This document shows, one piece after another, positions 37,483 to 47,656 of a DNA stretch of 64,000 nt. Below the pieces are notes generated by a model that worked only from the letters and a program-made list of their open reading frames with translations, searched no databases and had not been told where the DNA came from. The stretch covers positions 64,001 through 128,000 of the forward strand of contig JAWOEX010000021.1 of NCBI GenBank assembly GCA_046482545.1, given 5' to 3'. Position numbers and translations under genes: made by a program. Origin of the DNA: Candidatus Thorarchaeota archaeon. GTDB taxonomy: Archaea; Asgardarchaeota; Thorarchaeia; Thorarchaeales; Thorarchaeaceae. Every line of letters begins with the position of its first letter. Position 1 is the first letter of the stretch.

Positions 37483-38400
37483 GTGGTTACCACTGAATGC
37501 ATTATTGAAAGAGGAAAGCCAAGAAATCTCGAATTGATTGCCGAGAGAATGGCTGACCTATACAATGCTGTTGAAGGATATGATAATCCAGAGTTTAGCC
37601 CTAAAGACAAAGCATTCTTTCGAGAGAAATATGCATCTCTTGACATAGAAAGGAATCTTGTTCTTGCATGGGGGCCTCAGCGACGGATCGTTGGAATGGG
37701 AAGAATCTATCAAATTGGCACAGCCGCTATCGGTGTCTCTGTCAACGTAAGACCGAGTTCCCGAGGAGAAGGTATTGGTTCAAGACTGTTTGAGCAGGTT
37801 CTGAAAGAAGCTAGGTCTCGCGAATATAAAAAAATTAGAACGATGATTCCAAGTTATCGTCCCTACGCCCTAAATCTCGCCAAAGAACAAGGTTTCAAAA
37901 GAGTCGAGACAAGAATTAGAATGTGTACCACGATTGTGGATGATTCACTCACTCATGAAGAGGATACTGAGTTACACATCAGTGAAATCCAGTTACAAGA
38001 GGATATAGAAAGCTGGAAAGAACTGCAGGATTCACTTTTCAGGGATTCACTCCTTTACGAGCCAATGAGTGTTGATATCCTCTCCACGTTTCGTCAGAAA
38101 CCGGGATTCATCGGCCTCCTCGCCTATAAAAAGAACGAACCTATTGGATATTGTACGGGGTGGGAAACGAACCCATCCGATTTCTTCGTATTTGGAATAG
38201 GGGTGGCTGAAGAGTTTCACCACCAGGGCTATGGAACCATACTACTTGGAACTGCTCTACGTAAAGCTACGAAGCGAGGGGTGTCAAAATCAAGTCTTTC
38301 CGTTGAAGCTGATAATCAACAAGCAATTCAATTCTACAAGAAGAAATTCAACTATAGGGAGAAGTACAGGCACATCCATTTTGAGGTAGATGTAAAATAG
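37483..38400 (+). CDS. Tandem GNAT N-acetyltransferase
   Basis: VRPSSRGEGIGSRL and VAEEFHHQGYGTIL motif A copies; NQQAIQFY. Confidence 0.88.
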   Translation: MVTTECIIERGKPRNLELIAERMADLYNAVEGYDNPEFSPKDKAFFREKYASLDIERNLVLAWGPQRRIVGMGRIYQIGTAAIGVSVNVRPSSRGEGIGSRLFEQVLKEARSREYKKIRTMIPSYRPYALNLAKEQGFKRVETRIRMCTTIVDDSLTHEEDTELHISEIQLQEDIESWKELQDSLFRDSLLYEPMSVDILSTFRQKPGFIGLLAYKKNEPIGYCTGWETNPSDFFVFGIGVAEEFHHQGYGTILLGTALRKATKRGVSKSSLSVEADNQQAIQFYKKKFNYREKYRHIHFEVDVK

Positions 38401-38678
38401 AATCAGGCACAAGCGAATAGAAAAACAGGCGACTCGTATCAGCAGGCCTTTTCCAGTCTTAGAGCACCCATTTTCCAAGATACATGTCATACGTTGCAGC
38501 TGGAATTGTTTTCCCAACTGTTCAAGGGAATTAATGCAAGAAAACCTGAACTGATTTTGGAACCGTGCGTGTTTCGCTACAGGTTTCACTTCGTAGGGAA
38601 AAACCATGTATCTTGGACAACAAGAGAGTTCTACCAGTCAACAAGAAGTTATTAATCAGTAGATGAATCACCCGTAAG

Positions 38679-39818
38679 TCAACGGGGGAAATTGTCTCTG
38701 AGCAATCGCAGGTGCTGTTCGACCATCTCCATCTGCCGTGTGTCTTCCGGATCCTTCTCAAGCTCTTGAACAAGAGTCTGCAGGAAGTACTCTGGGAAGA
38801 ACAGCCGTACACGGATGTCGTTCAGTAAAAATAGCCAGCGATCGTATTCGCCAGACGGTTCTTTGCGGCGTTTCTCAGATACAACACGGTATTTTTTCAG
38901 AGTCTGTATAGCCTGTCTCAGCTCCTTTGGCGGAATACCAAGCGTTGCTTCAAGCTCCGGAATATTGATTGGACGTTGTCTAAGAATGCTCAACACGTCA
39001 TAGCAGTCGGGATCTGACAGGATTTCTGCTATTGCCACCGTGTCTTCCGCAGTCTTTTGCCATTCGGTCAGGAACTCAAGCACTTCAGTCTTGTATTCAG
39101 CGGCTAGCTCAGGGTCAAGAACTTCAGAAGCAGCTTCCATAGACAGTAATGGTGGTGCTCGGAAAACTTCTAAATCTTTAATCATAAATACGCAAGTTCT
39201 GCCTATCTCATCAACCCATTCTACTTTTGCTATCCCGAGCTCTTCAAAGGGAGCAAGAATCGAATCAACACTGACACTAGGGAGTCCTGTGACCATCTTC
39301 AGCCATTCTTCAAGATCCTCCTTTGAGATGCCCCCTTTCCACAGCTTTGGAAATACGGCCCGAGAAACCTCATCAGCAAACAGTCGGGCCAGTCTGGACT
39401 CGTCAGCCATTCCTGCAAGGCGAATAATCCGGCGATACGTATTCTCAAGCTCTTCTTGCATCTCTGCATCGGTCATCGATACGACTGCGCTCATGAGTGG
39501 GGAAACCACTGATGTGATTGCAGCCTCGTATACCTTCGGATCCTCTGAAGGACCTAGTAACAACGATATACAGTATTGTTCTTCCTCTCGTACAATACCG
39601 GTATAATACGAAGCAACATTGTATTCTTCTCCACCGATGCGAACCGAAAGTGTGGAGAATCCAGCTGCAGCTTCTCCCATTGCATGAGACGTAAAAATTC
39701 GCATGGCTTCAGTGTTAAGGTCTTCTTGATAGTATTCGGCAAAATCCTCCGGCACCTTGGCCTTGAGAACAGCCCCTATCTTGCTATCCCAGTCAATCAA
39801 CAGCATGGCGACAGGCAT
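38679..39818 (-). CDS. Longin/uDENN-like domain protein with C-terminal winged-helix regions
   Basis: N-terminal LLIDWDSKIGAVLKAKVP resembles uDENN/longin beta1-beta2; C-terminal INIPELEATLGIPPKELRQAIQTLKKY is HTH-like. Confidence 0.6.
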   Translation of the reverse strand: MPVAMLLIDWDSKIGAVLKAKVPEDFAEYYQEDLNTEAMRIFTSHAMGEAAAGFSTLSVRIGGEEYNVASYYTGIVREEEQYCISLLLGPSEDPKVYEAAITSVVSPLMSAVVSMTDAEMQEELENTYRRIIRLAGMADESRLARLFADEVSRAVFPKLWKGGISKEDLEEWLKMVTGLPSVSVDSILAPFEELGIAKVEWVDEIGRTCVFMIKDLEVFRAPPLLSMEAASEVLDPELAAEYKTEVLEFLTEWQKTAEDTVAIAEILSDPDCYDVLSILRQRPINIPELEATLGIPPKELRQAIQTLKKYRVVSEKRRKEPSGEYDRWLFLLNDIRVRLFFPEYFLQTLVQELEKDPEDTRQMEMVEQHLRLLRDNFPR

Positions 39819-39875
39819 TTTTCTTCCCTCTTCGGGCCTACGAACAGCTGGGTTGTTTAAATCTACGTTAGTACT

Positions 39876-39910
39876 GAACGTGAGCTACATTTGTATCGAA
39901 CGTGAGCTAC
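39876..39910. promoter_or_regulatory. Perfect 13-bp direct repeat (operator-like) upstream of the longin-like gene
   Basis: GAACGTGAGCTAC at 39876 and 39898 (22-bp period), adjacent to minus-strand TTTTTATC at ~39911-39918. Confidence 0.6.
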
Positions 39911-40264
39911 GATAAAAAGCTTGTCGCTAATCACTTCGCATTAGAATAATCGTTACATAAGTATCTGTAGTGTCCAGGAATCTATATCAAAGAAATCAGA
40001 TTATCAGGTATTGGCTTATCTGTAGGATATCTGTCTGGCAAGTGTCTGAAGAAGACTTTCAATGAAGAGAACATAGGGGGCTCCATTAATCTCTGTGAGC
40101 CATCTCACTTTTTGTTTCAACATCAAATCACATCGCGACTAATTTTGCCGCCTCTTTCTGAACTCTTTTGTTCATCTGATAATTCGTGAGAAGATGACAA
40201 GTCTTATATGTTCCACGAGACCCATTGTAGGATAACATATCCTATGATTTGGTGGATAAATGTC

Positions 40265-40828
40265 ATGAAAAGGGCGTTGGTCCTCGTTTGCCTGCTTGTA
40301 TCCTTTACGCATTTCTTTGCTCCTATAACCAAAATCAGTACATCTAATCATGTACCAGCTGCCGCGAGAATAGAACTGACAATCGATTTTGGCAACGGAA
40401 CAGAACTAGTCTATTCTCAGGTAGAGGCAGAAACTGTTCTTGATGCGATTCGAAACGTCACATCAGTCGAAGTAGATTGGTATGGAGACCGAGCCTTTGT
40501 GACATCAATAGCAGGTGTGACAAACGAGGCAGAAACTGGTCTATGGTGGCAATACTGGGTAAATGGTCATCTGGGATCGGTGGCAGCAAACAAATACGAT
40601 CTCAATGACAATGACACAGTTGCTTGGCGCCGAATTCCACCAGAGTATACTGCCGCCACACAAAACAGCAGTGATCCTTTAGCCCTTCTTGCTTTGATAA
40701 TTCTGCCAATTATTGGGATATCTGCAATATTAGGTATGTACATCAGGAGACACGAAAATGATCAACAAAACAATAATCGCATTACTAATGATAACTTTGG
40801 TTTTCACCCCCCTTATGTCAACCACTGA
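40265..40828 (+). CDS. DUF4430 (transcobalamin-like C-terminal domain) membrane-anchored protein
   Basis: FVTSIAGV...WWQYWVNG....VAANKYDLNDNDTVAW; signal peptide and C-terminal TM. Confidence 0.8.
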   Translation: MKRALVLVCLLVSFTHFFAPITKISTSNHVPAAARIELTIDFGNGTELVYSQVEAETVLDAIRNVTSVEVDWYGDRAFVTSIAGVTNEAETGLWWQYWVNGHLGSVAANKYDLNDNDTVAWRRIPPEYTAATQNSSDPLALLALIILPIIGISAILGMYIRRHENDQQNNNRITNDNFGFHPPYVNH

Positions 40829-41498
40829 GTACCATACAATCCTCCAACCCACGTCAAATGGCGAGACTACCATTTCATGGAGCATTGAAGAAAGCCCAGA
40901 TGTACCAGTTGAGTGGGGATGGAGCGGTGAAGGAGCTTGGATGACAGAGGAGGAATCTTCAATGACCTTCCGCATCACCAACATTACTGACGTTGTCGAA
41001 GGTACTCTACACATTGGCAATCTAACCATAACCACCAATGATACCACCATCGCGAGGGAACTCGTCATTGGAGTCTGGGGTTTGACACCTTTCTTCCCCG
41101 GGCTGGTCGTACCAATAGGCGACGAAAATATGCAAATCTTAAACGAAACAGCCAGAGCCTCTGCAGAAAGAGTATCAGGGAACTATATGAACGGGACAAT
41201 GATTGTATCAGAGCAAGCGATTGAAGTAGATGACACAAGCTATGAGTGCATCACCTTCGACTATGAACAGGATTCTTCTGGATATGCCCAACCACAGATT
41301 ACCCATCTTGCATACGATTGTGAAACAGGGGTCCTTGTATGGGCAAACACTAGCTACTCGTTTGGTACACCTTACAATCTGTGTCTTTCGCTTGAAATGA
41401 TAGCCCCACCATCTCCGAGCTCCATTCTTGCACTTGTGGGGATTGCAGTAATCGCTGTTGTTGCAATTATTATCATAATCAAGGTACGAGAGGGATAA
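40758..41498 (+). CDS. Secreted, C-terminally anchored hypothetical protein
   Basis: N-terminal signal and C-terminal TM; beta-rich. Confidence 0.7.
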   Translation: MINKTIIALLMITLVFTPLMSTTEYHTILQPTSNGETTISWSIEESPDVPVEWGWSGEGAWMTEEESSMTFRITNITDVVEGTLHIGNLTITTNDTTIARELVIGVWGLTPFFPGLVVPIGDENMQILNETARASAERVSGNYMNGTMIVSEQAIEVDDTSYECITFDYEQDSSGYAQPQITHLAYDCETGVLVWANTSYSFGTPYNLCLSLEMIAPPSPSSILALVGIAVIAVVAIIIIIKVREG

Positions 41499-41522
41499 TC
41501 CTGCAGTAATGAAGGGATAGAC

Positions 41523-42158
41523 ATGAATCGGGGGCATTTAGAGCAGTACCACATCCGCCGAACGCGGTACGTTCCGATTGCCTCCCTAATGACCGCGCTC
41601 GCCCTCATAGGCATGTATGCACTTGTTGGTATCCCCAATGTTGAGCTAGGAACAGTCATTCTCTTCGTCACAGCGCTAGTATTCGGACTAAAAATGGGAA
41701 TAGGCAGCATGTTGATAACGGCTGCCCTCTATGGATCATTGAATCCATGGGGTGGGCTTATTCCACAGATATGGATTAGTCAAGTGTTAGGATGGCTTTT
41801 GATTGTAATAGTTGGAAGCCTTCTCGGACATTCAGGGCCCAACTTAAAGCAATCACAACGAAACGGATTAGAGTTCTTTATACTCGGTGCTTTTCTAACA
41901 ATCTATTTTGATGCGGTAACAAATCTTGGATATTCGCTGTCAACAGGTATTCCCTACGCCACCGCACTTATAGTGGGACTGCCCCTTATGGTGATTCATG
42001 TACTATCAAATGCTTTCCTCTTTGGGATTGTCGTTCCCCAACTTGAGTCAACCATAAGAAGGGAGTTTGGTAATGATATATGGGAGCCCGTTATCAAAAA
42101 TGATGACACAAACAATCCGAAAACTGTGGAAGCATCTCACTTGATAAAAGAGGGGTAG
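41523..42158 (+). CDS. ECF transporter S component, CbrT-like (probable cobalamin uptake)
   Basis: About 6 TM; IPNVELGT..F....FG pattern, HVLSNA; next to the DUF4430 gene. Confidence 0.7.
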   Translation: MNRGHLEQYHIRRTRYVPIASLMTALALIGMYALVGIPNVELGTVILFVTALVFGLKMGIGSMLITAALYGSLNPWGGLIPQIWISQVLGWLLIVIVGSLLGHSGPNLKQSQRNGLEFFILGAFLTIYFDAVTNLGYSLSTGIPYATALIVGLPLMVIHVLSNAFLFGIVVPQLESTIRREFGNDIWEPVIKNDDTNNPKTVEASHLIKEG

Positions 42159-42166
42159 ATGAACTC

Positions 42167-42805
42167 TTGCATTGGAAAGAACAGATTAAGAAGCTTGTAC
42201 AGCCAGCGGAGGGGCGTGTGTCTCCCGCCTTCAAACCGCACCATGTTGCTGTTGCAATTGTGATGATTGGTCGAAGACAACCCCTTGGGCGATACGAACT
42301 CTGTGACACCATGTCAATTGGTGAGGGGAGTGCCAGAACTCTGCTAAGACGCCTAGGAGAAAGGGATTACATCACAGCCGAGGGACGACAAGGGCAGAAA
42401 CTGACACATACAGGTCAAGAGATATTCGAGGCAATGATCAATGATATTCCGCGAGGGCTCTATCTGGATGTTGAAGGGCTCGCAATGTATGAAATCTCCT
42501 ACGGCAATTTGGTGAAACAGAAGGCGGAAGAGGTCACGGATGGTATAAGACAACGTGATGAAGCAATAATCCAAGGAGGCTATGGTGAAGCAGGAGCAAC
42601 AACATTGGTCTGCAAGGAGGGACTGCTGCTCATGCCGCCGAATAATTTCAACCCTCTCCTCAAATACGAAGACGAGACACTACTAATTATGGATAGTTTG
42701 CGACCCAAGGATGGGGATGTAGTAGTAATTGGATCAGCGAATAATAGTGGACTGGCAAGAGAAATCGCAATGGCATCTTCTATGACGCTCCTTGGTGAGG
42801 AATAG
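42167..42805 (+). CDS. Archaeal wHTH protein, DUF4443-like
   Basis: PLGRYELCDTMSIGEGSARTLLRRL; GIRQRDEAI..G..GATTL. Confidence 0.75.
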   Translation: MHWKEQIKKLVQPAEGRVSPAFKPHHVAVAIVMIGRRQPLGRYELCDTMSIGEGSARTLLRRLGERDYITAEGRQGQKLTHTGQEIFEAMINDIPRGLYLDVEGLAMYEISYGNLVKQKAEEVTDGIRQRDEAIIQGGYGEAGATTLVCKEGLLLMPPNNFNPLLKYEDETLLIMDSLRPKDGDVVVIGSANNSGLAREIAMASSMTLLGEE

Positions 42806-42807
42806 GC

Positions 42808-43614
42808 ATGCAATCTGACATTTACGGCAACGTGCCGGACATAGTTATAGATGTCCACGAAACGAAGGGCAAGCGGAAGAACGCAGTGAAGCATCTTATG
42901 TCCATGTTGGACAAAGAAGAAATTAACTATACAGTAGAAAAGCTGCCGATTGGCGATGTTCTAGGCACTGACGGGATTGCAATCGAGCGAAAAACCGTAA
43001 ATGATCTTGTGCATACCTTGACAGGAAGCAAATCTGGCGTCCCACGTCTTAAGAAACAGATGGACGCTCTTCTTGAATATGAGCAACCATACTTACTCAT
43101 TGAGAACTTGCTTGCAGTCCGCCGCGACCCGATGAAAGGATGTGTGTATATCCCCTTTTCTTCAAAGAAGACGAAAAAGAAAGGGGGATATTACGTGACC
43201 ATGGAGCGTGCAAGTTTCATCCATCCAAATTCGCTGGATGGATTGATTGATAGCATACGTGATCGCGGTATTGATATTCTAGAGGGTTTCAACGCGCTTC
43301 ATTCAGCTGGACTTCTTTTCGGTATCCTAAATGAACAAGACTGGGATGAAAGAGAGGTTACGCGGTTACCTGTAATTAGGACCCGGAAAGGGCTTGATAG
43401 CATGAGCGATGAACAGGAGTTCTTTGTGGCAGGTTTCCCTAACATCAACGCTGTCAGAGCAAAACAACTCTTGGAAAAATTCGGGAGCCCTTTCGAGGTT
43501 GTTACACGTACAGACGAATGGGGAGAAGTTCACGGAATAGGGCCCAAGACCGTTGAGGGGGTACGGAAAATGCTGTTTTCTAGTTATGAACCAGAGAAAG
43601 AAGACACGCCGTAG
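42808..43614 (+). CDS. xpf: Short XPF/ERCC4-type structure-specific nuclease (nuclease + HhH2, no helicase)
   Basis: IDVHE, LPIGD, IERKTVND, C-terminal FPNINAVRAKQLLEKFGS and VHGIGPKT HhH motifs. Confidence 0.85.
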   Translation: MQSDIYGNVPDIVIDVHETKGKRKNAVKHLMSMLDKEEINYTVEKLPIGDVLGTDGIAIERKTVNDLVHTLTGSKSGVPRLKKQMDALLEYEQPYLLIENLLAVRRDPMKGCVYIPFSSKKTKKKGGYYVTMERASFIHPNSLDGLIDSIRDRGIDILEGFNALHSAGLLFGILNEQDWDEREVTRLPVIRTRKGLDSMSDEQEFFVAGFPNINAVRAKQLLEKFGSPFEVVTRTDEWGEVHGIGPKTVEGVRKMLFSSYEPEKEDTP

Positions 43615-43676
43615 CATTTAATAAACGATAACTATTTTATGACCAAATAATAGTTACAAAACAAGGATGGTTACAT

Positions 43677-44765
43677 ATGGGCGACGATGTACGTATAGCC
43701 ATAGCTGGACTGGGAAATTGTGCCTCTGCACTCATACAGGGTGTGCATTACTACAAAGATGCAAAAGCAGATGAAGAGGTTCCGGGCCTAATGCATGTTG
43801 ACTTTGGGGGATATTTTCCGAAACACCTCAAGTTTGTGGCGGCTTTCGAAGCAAATGAGCGGAAGATAGGCAAAGATATCTCTGAAGCAATTTGGGAAGA
43901 CCCAAATTGTTGTGAGAATTTTGTACCTGATTTACCCAAAACAGGTGTCGAGGTATTACCTGGCCCAATTTCGGATGGTGTTGCAGACCACATGATGGAT
44001 TCATTCTATGCCTATGATGATGATATTGAGCCCGTTGATGTGGCTGAAGAGCTCAAAGAAGCAGAAGCCGATATGTTGATTAACTATCTACCTGTGGGAA
44101 GCGCTGAAGGGGCACGGATATATGCAAAGGCGGCTCTCGAAGCCGGTGTTGCATTTGTCAATGCTATCCCCGAGTTTATTGTTTCCGACCCGAATGACCC
44201 AATAACCACGCAGTTCAGGGAGAAAGGCATACCATGTGCTGGTGATGATATCAAAAGCCAGCTAGGTGCTACCATTCTGCACAGAGTCTTGGCACAGCTG
44301 TTTGACAAGCGTGGTCTGATTGTTAATAATACATATCAGCTGAATATTGGAGGTAATACTGACTTCGAAAATATGCAGGTTGAGGATCGGCTGAGCAGCA
44401 AGCGAGTCAGTAAGACAGAAGCGGTCACAAGCTGCGTCAAGTATCATCTACCGACCAAAATCGGTCCGAGTGACTATGTCCCATTCCTTGACGATAATAA
44501 GATATGCTACATCTCCATGCGAGCCAATTCGTTCGGAGACCTTCCAGTAGATGTGGATCTCAAGCTTTCAGTTCAGGACTCACCAAACAGTGCTGGAGTC
44601 ATCATTGATGTGGCCAGAGCAATAAAGATAGCACTTGACCGGGGTGTAGGTGGCGAACTCTCAAGCATCAGTTCATACTCGTTCAAACACCCAAGATATC
44701 AAATTGATGACTTTGAGGCACGAAAGAGAGTAGATGAATTCATAGCTGGAGAAAGAGAGCGCTAG
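43677..44765 (+). CDS. ino1: myo-inositol-1-phosphate synthase
   Basis: GLGNCASALIQG, NYLPVGS, GDDIKSQLGAT, QLNIGGNTDF, SKRVSKT, DSPNSAG. Confidence 0.96.
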   Translation: MGDDVRIAIAGLGNCASALIQGVHYYKDAKADEEVPGLMHVDFGGYFPKHLKFVAAFEANERKIGKDISEAIWEDPNCCENFVPDLPKTGVEVLPGPISDGVADHMMDSFYAYDDDIEPVDVAEELKEAEADMLINYLPVGSAEGARIYAKAALEAGVAFVNAIPEFIVSDPNDPITTQFREKGIPCAGDDIKSQLGATILHRVLAQLFDKRGLIVNNTYQLNIGGNTDFENMQVEDRLSSKRVSKTEAVTSCVKYHLPTKIGPSDYVPFLDDNKICYISMRANSFGDLPVDVDLKLSVQDSPNSAGVIIDVARAIKIALDRGVGGELSSISSYSFKHPRYQIDDFEARKRVDEFIAGERER

Positions 44766-44798
44766 GTGTACAGAACAGTACCCTAGCCTTTCCCCCAT

Positions 44799-45923
44799 CT
44801 ATATTTCCGTGAAGCTTTTCGCTTTATCTTCATCAAGTCGTTGGATAACCTCGACTAATAACCTCACAGCGTTTTCCACATCATCGAAATCAAGCATTCC
44901 ATGATGAGAATGAATATGTCTTGTGGGTATACCTATGAACAATGAGGGGGCACCCATGCCGGTTATATGGATAATACCAGCATCTGTACCACCACTCTTC
45001 AAGAACGCCGGCTGATGCTTCACGCCAATTTCCTCAGCGATATCTAAAACGAATCTTCTAAATCTAGGGTTCGGTATCATTGAACCGTCGCCAGCAGAAA
45101 TCGAGACGCCATTGCCCATCTTCTGGACGAGATCTTTTGCACCGGGAACATCACCGGATATGTCAACGTCGAGGGCGAAACCTAAATCAGGTTTGACCAT
45201 TTGTGCAGCCGTCCTAGCTCCTCGAAGACCCACTTCTTCCTGTGCGGTGGATACAGCATAAATGGTATTGGGATGATTCAGGTTATTGGTGCTAAGACGA
45301 CGTAACACTTCTAACACAATGAAAACACCAATTCTATCGTCGAAGGCTTTTGCCACCCCGACGATGGTTTCATGAGTAGTTTCTTCCTCATTATCATCGT
45401 CTTCCTCTTTCCGAATCCGATCCATTGTTCGGAATTGTGCGTGGGGTACAGCTGGGTCGCCAACTTGGATACCTAACCCCTCTACTTCCTCCTTGGAACT
45501 GCAGCCAATATCGATATACATGTCTTTCATTTTAACTGGTTTCTTCCTTGTTTCATCATCCAGCACATGTGGAGGTGGGGCCCCAATCACCCCGATTATT
45601 TTGTCGTCCCCATTAGATGGTTTGATAACAACCTCATGAGTTAGCAATGTCTGATCCCACCAGCCTCCTAAGCTGTGGAATTTCAAGAAACCATCTTTTT
45701 TTATCTCAGTAACAACGAAGCCTATTTCATCGATATGCCCTGCAAGCATGATTTTTGGTCCAGAATCTCCGCGTTTGAAAATGACAGAGCCCATCCTATC
45801 ATACAACACTTCGTCTGCAAATTCCTCTCCATAATCTCGTGCAAGCCTCTGAGCCTCATGTTCAAAACCACTAGGGCCAAAGGCATTGCATAGACGCTCC
45901 AAAAAATCGATATCTAAGTCCAT
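44799..45923 (-). CDS. M42 family (TET) aminopeptidase
   Basis: GPSGFE, GHIDEIG, KAFDDRIG, QEEVGLRGA, GGTDAG, RHIHSH. Confidence 0.95.
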   Translation of the reverse strand: MDLDIDFLERLCNAFGPSGFEHEAQRLARDYGEEFADEVLYDRMGSVIFKRGDSGPKIMLAGHIDEIGFVVTEIKKDGFLKFHSLGGWWDQTLLTHEVVIKPSNGDDKIIGVIGAPPPHVLDDETRKKPVKMKDMYIDIGCSSKEEVEGLGIQVGDPAVPHAQFRTMDRIRKEEDDDNEEETTHETIVGVAKAFDDRIGVFIVLEVLRRLSTNNLNHPNTIYAVSTAQEEVGLRGARTAAQMVKPDLGFALDVDISGDVPGAKDLVQKMGNGVSISAGDGSMIPNPRFRRFVLDIAEEIGVKHQPAFLKSGGTDAGIIHITGMGAPSLFIGIPTRHIHSHHGMLDFDDVENAVRLLVEVIQRLDEDKAKSFTEI

Positions 45924-46059
45924 TATTACACTTCATCCTTCTTGTGCTATCACGCAGGAATTCACTATAATTATGCTTATCGGCAGGACCAATCAAAGAA
46001 TATAGAATAATATCATCTAGTCATGATTTTCGGCATATAAGAAGCAAGAATGGGTAGGT

Positions 46060-46626
46060 TTACAGTACCACGTTTTTTGCAAGCATCTCAAAAGCTTCTT
46101 CCACGTTCTGACCTGTTAGGGCACTGGTTTCCAGATACCCCGCTAAATCCTTCTTGATAACATATTCACGAGCTACTTCGGAACTGATAGTCCGTTGATC
46201 GTCCAAATCAACTTTGTTGGCCAGTACAATGATTGGAATGGACTCGTCTAGGGCTTTCTCGGTTTCTGCAATCCAATTGTCAAGAACATTGAATGTTGAT
46301 TTCCGGGTGGTGTCGAAGACCAGCAAGGCTCCCTTTGCCCCGCGATAGTAGCTGTTTCGGATGAAGTCAAATCGCTTTTGTCCTGCCAAATCCCATATGA
46401 GAAGCTTAACTCGCTTCTCATTGCCACTTGAATCGTTTACCGGTACTATCTTCACGGCGAATTGGCTTCCAATGGTTACTATGTATTGTTCAGTAAAGCG
46501 GTTGGTTAGAAATCGGTTGACTAGAGCGGTCTTTCCGCTACCTCCAGCTCCTATCATGACCACTTTTCGTACAACGTGGAAATCTTGAGATGGTGAATTT
46601 GACACCGAATAATCCATTTCAATCAT
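46060..46626 (-). CDS. Rab-like small GTPase
   Basis: GAGGSGKT, YIVTIGSQF, IWDLAGQKRF..IRNSYYRGA, NKVDL, ETSA. Confidence 0.93.
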   Translation of the reverse strand: MIEMDYSVSNSPSQDFHVVRKVVMIGAGGSGKTALVNRFLTNRFTEQYIVTIGSQFAVKIVPVNDSSGNEKRVKLLIWDLAGQKRFDFIRNSYYRGAKGALLVFDTTRKSTFNVLDNWIAETEKALDESIPIIVLANKVDLDDQRTISSEVAREYVIKKDLAGYLETSALTGQNVEEAFEMLAKNVVL

Positions 46627-46845
46627 CCCATAGCCTTCGTCTTAGACAATTCATGTTGGTACAAGGGAAGCGTTTAGGCCTTATTTCTATATGATACATA
46701 TAGCCTTTTTCGGGTCAGACAATCACTGCGCATTGAGACATCTAGACAATCAGGATTGGCGCGTTATTTTCTCCATTACACTACGAACCAGAAGATATTA
46801 TATCGCTACGAAGAGCTAGAATTTTACGCCGGGAGGATGACGAAG

Positions 46846-47034
46846 ATGCAATTGGTAACAGTAAAAATGAATCAACTTTACATTAAATCGCTAGACAAGC
46901 TTGTTGAACTAGGCATGTATCCTTCCCGTAGCGAAGCTATACGAGTTGCAATACGAGATCTCCTGCAGAAAGAACTATGGCCGGAGGAGGGCATGCCAGC
47001 TAAACAAGAGCTGCGTGCTGAGACCTCCGAATAG
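46846..47034 (+). CDS. Ribbon-helix-helix (CopG/Arc/MetJ) regulator
   Basis: MQLVTVKM...LDKLVELGMYPSRSEAIRVAIRDLL; GGAGG upstream. Confidence 0.9.
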   Translation: MQLVTVKMNQLYIKSLDKLVELGMYPSRSEAIRVAIRDLLQKELWPEEGMPAKQELRAETSE

Positions 47035-47123
47035 GGGCCTAATCAGGAATAATATATAAGCGAAACAACTAACACAATATACTTTAGTAGCACAATTCAA
47101 AGAGAAAACGGGGCACGAGAATA

Positions 47124-47654
47124 ATGAATCTGGGAATTCTTCTGAAGAGTATGAAACTAGCCTTTCGATCGAAGAGACGCGTTCTTTCATTCATAGTCAT
47201 TTATTCAATACTCATCGTGCTGGTAGCAAAAGGGATTCAAGGTTCAGCTGGTTCCCTTCTGGAAATGCTCTTGTGGCCCCTGACTGCGCTGGTGGTTGCA
47301 ACAGTGTATGCCATATTGATATCGCAGTTCCGTAAGCGTGATGTAAGCATCCTCAAATGCATCGGCTGGACAAATCACGATGTGATGCTTCTGGTGGTAG
47401 GTGAGGTGGTTGTCGTTTCATTAGCCGCGTTTTTCCTAGTTTTCCAAGTCAGTGTCGAAATCCTAGGGTTGGTTGCCTATTTTGAGGGGTTGGACACAGG
47501 ACTCCTCCAAATGCTACTGGACCTTATCGCAGTCGAATGGCAGCCAATGCTCGTTACACTCATCTATATCGTAGTGCTACAGCTTCCAGGAGTCGGTCTA
47601 GCACATTACCGCATGATGAAAATACCGCCTATGCAGGCGCTAAGGGAGGAATAG
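47124..47654 (+). CDS. Short FtsX-like ABC permease
   Basis: RKRDVSILKCIGWT..V..LVVGE and C-terminal IPPMQALREE. Confidence 0.8.
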   Translation: MNLGILLKSMKLAFRSKRRVLSFIVIYSILIVLVAKGIQGSAGSLLEMLLWPLTALVVATVYAILISQFRKRDVSILKCIGWTNHDVMLLVVGEVVVVSLAAFFLVFQVSVEILGLVAYFEGLDTGLLQMLLDLIAVEWQPMLVTLIYIVVLQLPGVGLAHYRMMKIPPMQALREE

Positions 47655-47656
47655 GC

